Shown piece by piece: positions 47,965 to 55,694 of a DNA stretch of 64,000 nt. The DNA comes from an uncultured Fibrobacterota bacterium (GTDB lineage Bacteria > Fibrobacterota > Chitinivibrionia > Chitinivibrionales > CAYFVL01). The DNA is taken from contig CAYQOU010000013.1 of the NCBI GenBank assembly GCA_964419255.1, forward strand, positions 3,684 to 67,683, written 5' to 3'. Numbering within the stretch: the first letter of the stretch is position 1; every line of letters begins with the position of its first letter. The position numbers and the translations under genes were made by a program. The notes beneath the pieces are model-generated. The model saw only the letters and a list, made by a program, of their open reading frames with translations, was not told the DNA's origin and made no database searches.

Positions 47965-48677
47965 TTTCGATTGAAAACCTCACCTATGCCTATGTGCCGG
48001 GAGAGCCGGCGCTGAAAAACATCTCCGCAACACTTCCCGACAAAAGCAGCATCTCGGTGGTACTGGGAGAAAGCGGCTCTGGGAAGACGACGTTTCTGCG
48101 CTGTTTCGGAAAGTTTCTTACTCCGCAGAGTGGCCGCATCCTTGTGGATGGTACCGATGTCCAGCAGATCGCGGAAAAGGAGTTCAGGCGCAAGGTGGGC
48201 ATCGTGTTTCAGCGTCTGTATTTGTTTCCGCATCTGTCGGTGCTGGGTAACCTTACCCTCGCCTTGGAAAAAGTCGCCCGGATGCACAAAAAGGAGGCAC
48301 GCGATCGCTCTAATGCGATGCTTGACCGTCTGGGAATAGTACAGCTTGCCGACAGCTACCCGGTTCAGCTCAGCGGCGGACAGGCGCAGCGGGTGGCCAT
48401 AGCCCGTGCGCTGGTGCTTCAGCCGCGATACCTGCTGCTGGATGAGCCGACATCGGCGCTGGATATAAACACAACGCGTGATTTTGGTGACTGGCTGCTT
48501 CATCTGCAGGAACGCACGAAATTTATCATAGTCACCCACGATATCCCCTTCGCCCGGGAGGTCGCCTCAGACGGCATTCTGATGGAGCAGGGTGAGGTCA
48601 AGGCGTGTGGTCAGATCGAAGAAATAGTCAATACGTTTACCGCATTGCATCAGCCGGCGGCGGCGAGCGTTACCTGA
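47961..48677 (+). CDS. ABC transporter ATP-binding protein (polar amino acid type)
   Basis: 238-aa ORF with Walker A GESGSGKTT, the signature LSGGQAQRVAIARAL and Walker B LLLDEPTSALD. It overlaps the upstream gene by 4 nt. Confidence 0.85.
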   Translation: MISIENLTYAYVPGEPALKNISATLPDKSSISVVLGESGSGKTTFLRCFGKFLTPQSGRILVDGTDVQQIAEKEFRRKVGIVFQRLYLFPHLSVLGNLTLALEKVARMHKKEARDRSNAMLDRLGIVQLADSYPVQLSGGQAQRVAIARALVLQPRYLLLDEPTSALDINTTRDFGDWLLHLQERTKFIIVTHDIPFAREVASDGILMEQGEVKACGQIEEIVNTFTALHQPAAASVT

Positions 48678-48997
48678 AACCCGTTCTGTATATCCACGGT
48701 CAAAAAGGTAGCTTTCGGTTGTCATGCTTCCGCTTGCGGGATGATCCGGCATCCATGTGTTACTACCTTTTTTTTAAATCTTTGTGCTTTGAAATGCATT
48801 ATAACGATTGTTTGAAGGGGTAGGCCTCCCCCTCAATCGAGCTAACTCCGCGATCGGCTCAACAGCCGCAGGCCAAAACAGTTCCTCGTCCCTCGAATGA
48901 TTTTGGCTTACAGCCACATGAATTTTATACGTATGTTAATCGCAACGGATGCGCAGACTATTTTTGGGTCTGAGCACAAACTTTGAGGATTATCACC

Positions 48998-49843
48998 ATG
49001 ACTACTACAACAGATACTATCGTAAACATCGGGAAATCCACCATACAGCATGGAAAGTATAACGACCGGATCTACCTGATGCATTGCGATCCTGACGATA
49101 TCGATAAAACCATCGAGAAGCTGGATCAGCTCAGCCGGGAAAACGACTATTCCAAGATCTTTGCCAAAGTCCCCCGCAAGGGGCTTGAGCCTTTCGAGAA
49201 TGCCGGTTACCAGGTGGAAGCCCGGATTCCTACCTACTTCGAGGGCAAGTCACCGGTATTTTTCATGGCCAGGTACCGTAAGGAATGGAGAAAAGAACCA
49301 AATGAGCTGCAGCACATAAACGATGTGCTGGATAATGCCAAAAAGGTGGTGCCTCCCAAAACCATTCCCGAGCCTGCCGCAGAGTATCCGGTCTCGGTGT
49401 GCACGCCTGAGGAAGCCGAGGAGATGGCACAGGTGTACGGAGTCGTTTTCAAAAGCTATCCCTTCCCTATCTACGACCCGGCTTACATCCGCAAGACCAT
49501 CGAAGAAAACGTGGTGTACTTTGCTGTAAGATACGAGGGAAAGATAGTTGCGCTCTCATCGGCGGAAATGGATGAGCACGCCCGTGCTGCCGAGATGACC
49601 GATTTTGCCACCCTGCCCGCGTTTCGCGGCAAGGGGCTGGCAACCATTCTTCTGGGCCTCATGGAGGATGAGATGAAAAGGCGCGATGTGCCCACCGTGT
49701 ACACCATCGCACGCGCGATGTCTTTCGGTATGAACGCGGTGTTTGCTAAACACGGCTATACCTTCGATGGAACCCTGATCAACAACACCAATATCAGCGG
49801 TAACATCGAGAGCATGAACGTGTGGTGGAAAAAACTTTTGTAA
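48998..49843 (+). CDS. ablB: Beta-lysine N6-acetyltransferase-like GNAT (AblB/YodP type)
   Basis: The C-terminal GNAT region is MTDFATLPAFRGKGLATILLGLME...NTNISGNIESMNVWWKKL, preceded by the N-terminal domain IQHGKYNDRIYLMH, as I recall for the AblB family. It is linked to ablA. I prefer the ATG at 48998 to the TTG at 48983. Confidence 0.7.
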   Translation: MTTTTDTIVNIGKSTIQHGKYNDRIYLMHCDPDDIDKTIEKLDQLSRENDYSKIFAKVPRKGLEPFENAGYQVEARIPTYFEGKSPVFFMARYRKEWRKEPNELQHINDVLDNAKKVVPPKTIPEPAAEYPVSVCTPEEAEEMAQVYGVVFKSYPFPIYDPAYIRKTIEENVVYFAVRYEGKIVALSSAEMDEHARAAEMTDFATLPAFRGKGLATILLGLMEDEMKRRDVPTVYTIARAMSFGMNAVFAKHGYTFDGTLINNTNISGNIESMNVWWKKLL

Positions 49844-49856
49844 AAAAAACCTATGT

Positions 49857-49901
49857 TTCGGCTGATTTTATACTCGACCATAGAATCAGCCGAATATTTT
49901 T
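49857..49901 (+). terminator. Rho-independent terminator after ablB
   Basis: A perfect 11-bp stem, TTCGGCTGATT (49857-49867) paired with AATCAGCCGAA (49884-49894), is followed by TATTTTT. Confidence 0.7.
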
Positions 49902-50194
49902 CCTTTAAACAATGATTTCGTCTATTTTTATAGGGCACTAAAGAAATGGACGAAGATATGATCTACATTGAACGAAAACTAGATTTTTTTTCTTGAAGTC
50001 GCCGGACATGGGTGACTCCTGCTGACCAAACATCTGTGCATACCGGCAATATATGTTTCACCAGAACGGATTTATTCTAATGAAAAACTATCGGTACGGA
50101 AAATGCTGCAAGCAGGCTGTATGATCCCCTTCTCATTTTTTCTGTATCAACGTATGTCGAAGAGCTGCAAAAAGACAACCGAGGACATATCATC

Positions 50195-51460
50195 ATGAAT
50201 ATCGAGTGGTATCCCGAGCGTAATGCGCTGCAGGCCGAGTATACGGGCAAAATGTCTCTATACCGCTCGGCGATGGTGGAGCTATGGCGCGATATGCAGA
50301 CCACGGTTGAGGATATGGACACTCCGGTGACAATCAAGGGACGGGTTAAATCGTTTCCAAGTTATTTCGAAAAATTGCTCAGCCGACTCGAAAAACGACA
50401 TGTTAGTGGGGTGATGGAGCCCATCCATGACATTATTGCGCTGCGTGTGGTCTGCCCGTTTATGGAGGACCTTGCAGGGGTAGAGCAGCGGCTTCGCGCG
50501 AAATACACAATCGTTGATATGGAACACAAAGGCGAAAATCATACGATTGGTGAATTTGGATATAGTTGCGTTCACCTGGTGTTTGCCATTCCCAAACGAG
50601 TACGTCAGAAGGTGCACGGGTTGGATCTTGAGACCGCAGAGGTACAGATACGTACGATTTTACAGGACGCGTGGGCGGAGGTTGAACACGAGCTGATCTA
50701 TAAAAGTCAGATCGCCCCGCTTGATTCCCCCTTGCGACGCAAACTGGCCGCACTCAACGCTACACTTTCACTCTCCGACATCACCTTCCAGGAGATTCGC
50801 GACTATCAACGCAAACTCAACAAAGAGCTCGAAAAACGGCGCCTTTCCTTTGACGTGGAGAATACCGAAAAGCTTTCTGAGAGCTTCATCGATGGTGATG
50901 AGGAGCGTGCAGAGGACGATGTATCTTTAAATTCAGAACATGAGGACACGACGACCTCGGCGCAAACGGTTCCCCGAAGCATGGATGAGCTGCTTGTGGA
51001 TGCCCTGCACGCGCATAACCGCAGACACTTTCCTACTGCCATCAAGCTGTATTCCAGAATTCTTCAGACATCCACGGAGCCAAGACTCAAGGCAATCGTG
51101 CTTATCCATCGCGGAATCGCCCATTTCTGTCAGGCCCACTACGAGCAGGCGTTCGAAGATTTTGCGACCGCGGCCCACTGCGAGCCGGAAAATGGAAAGG
51201 CATTCTATCACCTCGGTACTGTAAATCGGGTTTTGGGAGATCATGCAGCCGCGGTGCGCCATCTGAGAAAAAGTGTGGAGCTTAACCCCTATCGACTGGA
51301 GGCCCTGGTTGGATTAGCAAGCGCCTTTTTCGAATTGGGTGACTATCCGGCCGTGCTTGAGTATTGTGAGAGGGCTTTGCGCATAAAACCTGACATCCCC
51401 TCGGCACGCAAGCTGCGCTCGGCGGCATTGATGAAGATAGGCGACGGTGGTGTGCGGTAA
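50195..51460 (+). CDS. RelA/SpoT-domain (small alarmone synthetase-like) protein fused to C-terminal TPR repeats
   Basis: 421-aa ORF. The synthetase motifs are GRVKSFPSYFEKL, IHDIIALRVVCPF, GYSCVHLVF and EVQIRTILQDAWAEVEHELIYK. An acidic linker follows, then ~4 TPR-like repeats (AIKLYSRILQ...YEQAFEDFATAAHCEPENGKAFYHLG...AVRHLRKSVELNP...VLEYCERALRIKPD). Confidence 0.8.
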   Translation: MNIEWYPERNALQAEYTGKMSLYRSAMVELWRDMQTTVEDMDTPVTIKGRVKSFPSYFEKLLSRLEKRHVSGVMEPIHDIIALRVVCPFMEDLAGVEQRLRAKYTIVDMEHKGENHTIGEFGYSCVHLVFAIPKRVRQKVHGLDLETAEVQIRTILQDAWAEVEHELIYKSQIAPLDSPLRRKLAALNATLSLSDITFQEIRDYQRKLNKELEKRRLSFDVENTEKLSESFIDGDEERAEDDVSLNSEHEDTTTSAQTVPRSMDELLVDALHAHNRRHFPTAIKLYSRILQTSTEPRLKAIVLIHRGIAHFCQAHYEQAFEDFATAAHCEPENGKAFYHLGTVNRVLGDHAAAVRHLRKSVELNPYRLEALVGLASAFFELGDYPAVLEYCERALRIKPDIPSARKLRSAALMKIGDGGVR

Positions 51461-51650
51461 ATTGCAGACAGCCCACAAGTGTCGATGGCAGAAAGAAGCA
51501 GATGAAAAGACGATCAAAACCTCTTGAATACGAGCGGGAATCTTCTTTTTTTTTTGGGCTTTGTGTTTGATCTCTCTGCCGGTGGTCCCTATCATGCCGC
51601 AGTCTTCGGGTATCGACAACGACCGCACAGACCTCCCCCACAGGTGTTAA

Positions 51651-52061
51651 TCAGAGATGATAATGTCCTGCGGATTCGGGCTGATAGATAATCTCCTCCA
51701 CGATCAGATGTGCGGTTCCCCCCGGCACCTTCCACTCTATCGTATCCCCCTTTCGAAAGCCGATGAGGGCGGTTCCAATCGGCGCCAGTATGGATATTCT
51801 GTTTTTTGAAATATCTGCATTGCTGGGAAAAACAAGAGTATAATCCAAGATTTCGTCATCATCCAGGTCCCGCAGCCGCACGGTTGAATTCATCGTAATT
51901 ACATCGGAGGGCATATCCTTTGGGGCAACGACCTCGGCACGATTAAGTTCGTTTCTCAATTCGAGCAGCTGCTGTTTGTTTTTCCCGGTGCTGAGATAGT
52001 CATCAATCAGGCTGTTGAGCCGTTTGAGATCGAATTCGCTGATATAGATGGTTCGTGCCAT
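51651..52061 (-). CDS. rnk: GreA/GreB-family protein, Rnk-like (regulator of nucleoside diphosphate kinase)
   Basis: MARTIYISEFDLKRLNSLID...VVAPKDMPSDVITMNSTVRLRDLDDDEILDYTLVFPSNADISKNRISILAPIGTALIGFRKGDTIEW. The ATG is at 52061 with AGAGAGG upstream. The track ORF starts earlier, at 52139. Confidence 0.75.
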   Translation of the reverse strand: MARTIYISEFDLKRLNSLIDDYLSTGKNKQQLLELRNELNRAEVVAPKDMPSDVITMNSTVRLRDLDDDEILDYTLVFPSNADISKNRISILAPIGTALIGFRKGDTIEWKVPGGTAHLIVEEIIYQPESAGHYHL

Positions 52062-52211
52062 TACAGTACCTCTCTTTGATTTATTGGAAACGTAGAAGCA
52101 AACATTCTGCCGAAGCATACGATTGTTCGGGTGTATCAAGGGGGGGCCAAAATGAATTCACTACCTGAAAAGAGCACCACTCATAAGAAAAGGATCGGGT
52201 TCTAATCCTGT

Positions 52212-52461
52212 TTATCCTGGGTGGGGTTTTCCAACCTCCCTCACGAAATTCGAGATGCTGGTTCTCTCTAAACCCCGCCTTAGCGTAAAGCTCCTCTGAT
52301 AGGATTCTGCATCATGTGCATTGTTCAGCATCAGTCTCCGGACACCGGTCTTTTGAGCAAAGTTTTTGGCCTCCGCGAGTAAAGATTTACCGACATGCTT
52401 TCCCCCGGTGATGCTCATCGACTTTCAGGTCCGAGATGTATATCTCCTTGCCCGCGATCAT
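52212..52461 (-). pseudogene. Frameshifted C-terminal remnant of a GNAT acetyltransferase
   Basis: Frame 1 reads MIAGKEIYISDLKVDEHHRGKACR*. The track ORF, in a different frame, reads MSITGGKHVGKSLLAEAKNFAQKTGVRRLMLNN.... Joined at the GGGGGAAA run (~52405) they give the GNAT core L.V....RGKGVGK.LL......A. No N-terminal half is present. Confidence 0.4.
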
Positions 52462-52517
52462 TGATAAACGACTTTTCTGTTACAATAAAAATAACTCTGG
52501 GAAGTTTAATGGAGCCT

Positions 52518-52867
52518 AAATTCAGCAATTCTCCTACGGCGATTCTTACAATCCCACCTGCATTCGGGCACCAGCAATATTGAAAAAATTGGCCTCCCCC
52601 CTTCTCCCCACACTGACCTGCGCAGGTCAGTCTTTGTTACAATGCATCTACTGACAAATGACTCTCGCCCCGCTCAGAACTGCCGTAAAAGATCTCTCCC
52701 TGGATTATATTTGAAGCGACGCCGGTTTGCCTGGCCATTATTATTTTTAAAGATGTACATTTGACCCTGTTTAGGCGATTCTCTGGCGGCGATTCGCACA
52801 ATCCTTTAAGAAACAAGGGATTCAGCAATTCTGGAAAACATTTCAGGGGCTATTTCGCGCAATACCC
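52518..52867. repeat. Five dispersed copies of a ~17-nt dyad motif (GATTC-N3-5-CAATC core)
   Basis: The copies are AAATTCAGCAATTCTCC (52518-34), GGCGATTCTTACAATCCC (52538-55), GGCGATTCGCACAATCC (52788-804), GGGATTCAGCAATTCTGG (52817-34) and GGCTATTTCGCGCAATACCC (52848-67). The 13-mer ATTCAGCAATTCT recurs exactly, 300 nt apart. Confidence 0.4.
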
Positions 52868-52946
52868 AATCGTATGCCCTCATTGGATTGCACGACTCAA
52901 CCGCTCAGAACCGCTCATTCAGGCGAAAGAAAAACAGGAGTTTACA

Positions 52947-53843
52947 ATGAATCTGATGCATAGACAGCCGCTTTTACTGCCGTTGATTATATTTCTTGCT
53001 TCATATACCAATTTTGCTCAACAGGGTGAGCCGGGAAGTCTGGAAACCATGATAAAAAATCGCAATGACATCGTATTTTATGGAGGATTTGAGGAGATAT
53101 CCGTAAACTCCACCGATTGGAAAAACGCCTGGGGTATTCCTTTTGTCAATAGAGGTGATCAGGTGGAGATCTTGTCGGGGCCAGAGGCATTTATTGGCAA
53201 TAAAACCTTACGGATCGACTATCCCAGAGGCGGCGTCGGCCCTTCTGCTACCGGCATGCAGTTTCCTGTCGATTTCAAGAACATGGATGCTATGCCGCAG
53301 AAAACCTACGATTCACTCTACCTTCGATACTATGTCAAATTTGAGGATGGTTTCGATTTCAGACTGGGTGGTAAGCTGCCCGGCCTGATGGGCGGAAATC
53401 AGTCCTGGAAACGTTCCGGGGGTGATCAACCCGACGGCACCAACGGCTGGACTCTTCGCTTTATGTGGCGTGAGGGTGGCGAAGCGGTCGTATATGCGTA
53501 TCTTCCGACCGGCACAAAGTATAACACCTCCCGGTGGGGTACCGACATCAAGCTCAACAGACAATTTAACCCGGGGAGCTGGCATTGCATCGAGCAATTC
53601 TGCAAGGTAAATACGATCGGCCAGGAGGACGGTAAACTGTATGTGTGGCTGGACGGCGAGCGGGTTTTGACATTACAGGATGTTACCTACCGCACCATAG
53701 ACAACGATGCCGGCAGAATAGGTGGATTCTTTTTCTCGACATTCCACGGCGGAAACACTCCCGAATGGGGCCCGCGGGTAACCAGCTATGCTCAGTTTGA
53801 CGGAATAGTTGCCGCTACCTCGCGAGTCGGAACTCATGAGTAG
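52947..53843 (+). CDS. Secreted polysaccharide lyase family 14-like protein
   Basis: ATG 52947 is preceded by AGGAG and encodes a signal peptide (LLLPLIIFLASYTNFAQQ). The block GGKLPGLMGG...SGG...GWTLRFMWREGGEAVVYAYLP...FFFSTFHGGN matches my memory of the PL14 signature. The track ORF starts at 52761. Confidence 0.55.
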   Translation: MNLMHRQPLLLPLIIFLASYTNFAQQGEPGSLETMIKNRNDIVFYGGFEEISVNSTDWKNAWGIPFVNRGDQVEILSGPEAFIGNKTLRIDYPRGGVGPSATGMQFPVDFKNMDAMPQKTYDSLYLRYYVKFEDGFDFRLGGKLPGLMGGNQSWKRSGGDQPDGTNGWTLRFMWREGGEAVVYAYLPTGTKYNTSRWGTDIKLNRQFNPGSWHCIEQFCKVNTIGQEDGKLYVWLDGERVLTLQDVTYRTIDNDAGRIGGFFFSTFHGGNTPEWGPRVTSYAQFDGIVAATSRVGTHE

Positions 53844-53948
53844 AGAGTAGAGAGATAAAAGACGTGATTTATTGATTCCGTATATTTGTGTGAACACTAT
53901 GTGATCCCGCCACATAATTAACCCTCTCCCCTTCTCAGGAGTATCAAA

Positions 53949-54986
53949 ATGCCTTTCGACCTTCTTACGACTGTTGAATATGGTGGCTGCTCGGCCAAAC
54001 TGAACGCACAACAGCTTGCCGATGCACTGGAGGGGCTGCCTCAAATCCACGATCCCAATCTTCTGGTGGATATACAGACTCACGATGATGCCGGAGTATA
54101 TCGGCTCAGTGACGATACTGCAATCATCCAGACAACCGATTTTTTCCCGCCGATATGCTCCGATCCATACGAATTTGGGCAGATTGCGGCTGCTAACTCT
54201 CTGAGTGATATCTATGCAATGGGAGGAAAGGTGCTGACCGCTCTGAATATTGTCATGTTTCCTCAAAACAGGATCCCTCTTGATGTACTCAGAGAGATAC
54301 TTCTGGGGGGAACCGAGAAGGTCCGTGAGGCGGAGGCGGTGATCGTGGGCGGGCATACGATAGATGATTACCCGCCCAAATACGGTATGGCGGTGACCGG
54401 CACGGTGCATCCCGACAGAATAATTTCCAATGCACAGGCCTGTCCCGGTGATCTCTGCATTCTGACCAAACCGATAGGGACCGGTATACTGGTGGCGGGA
54501 CAGCGAATCGGGGAATCTTCACCACAGCACTATCGTCAAGCTCTGGAAACTATGAAACTACTCAATAAAGATGGCGCTGAGTTAATGCAGCGCAGCGCAA
54601 TCCGGTGTGCAACCGATGTCACCGGATTTGGCCTGATGGGACATGCCTTGAAAATGGCGCAGGCAAGCAGGGTAACCATTACACTCCACAGCAACCAGAT
54701 TCCCCTTCTCGCAGGTGCATACGAATTGGCGGAACTGGGGTGCATACCCGGTGCGGCCTTCCGAAATCAGGAGTTTGTCGAGAAAGATACCTCTTTTGAC
54801 GATAACGTGGATTACAATCTGAAGATGCTTATGATGGACGCTCAGACCTCGGGCGGGCTGCTGATGACAGCAGCACCAAAGGACGCCTCCGATATTCTTT
54901 TGCGACTCCGGGAGTCGGTTTACCCGCACAGCAGTATCATCGGAGAAGTACTACCCTTTTCCGGCAAACACGTGTTTGTAAAGTAA
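53949..54986 (+). CDS. selD: Selenide, water dikinase (selenophosphate synthetase), Cys-type
   Basis: 345-aa ORF with N-terminal GGCSAKL (Cys, then Lys at +3, at the catalytic loop), HDDAGVY and the AIR-synthase-like fold motifs. An AGGAG lies 7 nt upstream. Confidence 0.9.
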   Translation: MPFDLLTTVEYGGCSAKLNAQQLADALEGLPQIHDPNLLVDIQTHDDAGVYRLSDDTAIIQTTDFFPPICSDPYEFGQIAAANSLSDIYAMGGKVLTALNIVMFPQNRIPLDVLREILLGGTEKVREAEAVIVGGHTIDDYPPKYGMAVTGTVHPDRIISNAQACPGDLCILTKPIGTGILVAGQRIGESSPQHYRQALETMKLLNKDGAELMQRSAIRCATDVTGFGLMGHALKMAQASRVTITLHSNQIPLLAGAYELAELGCIPGAAFRNQEFVEKDTSFDDNVDYNLKMLMMDAQTSGGLLMTAAPKDASDILLRLRESVYPHSSIIGEVLPFSGKHVFVK

Positions 54987-54992
54987 CCAGCA

Positions 54993-55694
54993 CTAAAGCG
55001 CCTGTTGTTCCGAATCGACAAACCTAATCATTTTATCTATTGACAATACAGAAAATAGTTCACGTATAATATCGTTTGCCCCGTAAACGACTCCCTGTCC
55101 ATTTACCGAGCGTATTTTCTCGATTAATTGCAGAAAAACCTCTGCTCCATACGTATCCAGCACCTCCAGGTTTTCCAGATTAAACACATATTTGCTTACA
55201 GATGGATCAGGAACAAACGTACTTATTGCGGTAAGATCATGGAGACCGTCCATATGCCCCGAGAATGTCAGACGGAAGTTACTCTGCTCTTTTTGCGAGA
55301 TAAAGACGAAATCGAATTTCTCCTCGGCCAGCTTATCACGCCATATCTCCTCATGGGAAAGCTCAAATTCCACGTCGGTTGCATAGATAGGAAACACCTT
55401 CTCAAGATGCATATTCTCAAATATGCCTCTCAGCTTCTGCGAAACATTGACCAGACACAACAGCCCGTCCTTTTCCGCAATCACACGACGCAGGCGAATT
55501 AACAGGCCAATGCCCGAGCTGTAAATATGTTCGGTGTCGGTCATATCGAGTACGACCCGGTCATTTCCATCCTCAATTCTGGCGCTCACACTCTCCTCGA
55601 TATGCCGATAATTATCCATTGTCATTGCGGCAGGCATCATTACCCACAAAAGCCCGCGCTGCTGCCTCATTTCAATGAGTTTGTCAGACGCCAT
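54993..55694 (-). CDS. Tandem STAS-domain protein (anti-sigma-factor-antagonist-like x2)
   Basis: The first STAS domain is RVVLDMTDTEHIYSSGIGLLIRLRRV...LCLVNVSQKLRGIFE. The second is YVFNLENLEVLDTYGAEVFLQLIEKI...VVYGANDIIRELFSV. The ATG at 55694 overlaps the upstream stop by 11 nt. The track start is 55721. Confidence 0.6.
   Translation of the reverse strand: MASDKLIEMRQQRGLLWVMMPAAMTMDNYRHIEESVSARIEDGNDRVVLDMTDTEHIYSSGIGLLIRLRRVIAEKDGLLCLVNVSQKLRGIFENMHLEKVFPIYATDVEFELSHEEIWRDKLAEEKFDFVFISQKEQSNFRLTFSGHMDGLHDLTAISTFVPDPSVSKYVFNLENLEVLDTYGAEVFLQLIEKIRSVNGQGVVYGANDIIRELFSVLSIDKMIRFVDSEQQAL

Noticed and set aside
47229-48539. 192-aa plus-strand and 213-aa minus-strand ORFs overlapping the ABC permease and ATPase genes
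   Set aside because: They are shadow frames of clearly identified ABC components and are Arg/Gly/Cys-rich.
53673-54410. 245-aa minus-strand ORF spanning the PL14/selD junction
   Set aside because: It overlaps the ends of two well-supported plus-strand genes and has no motif. It is a typical antisense shadow ORF.
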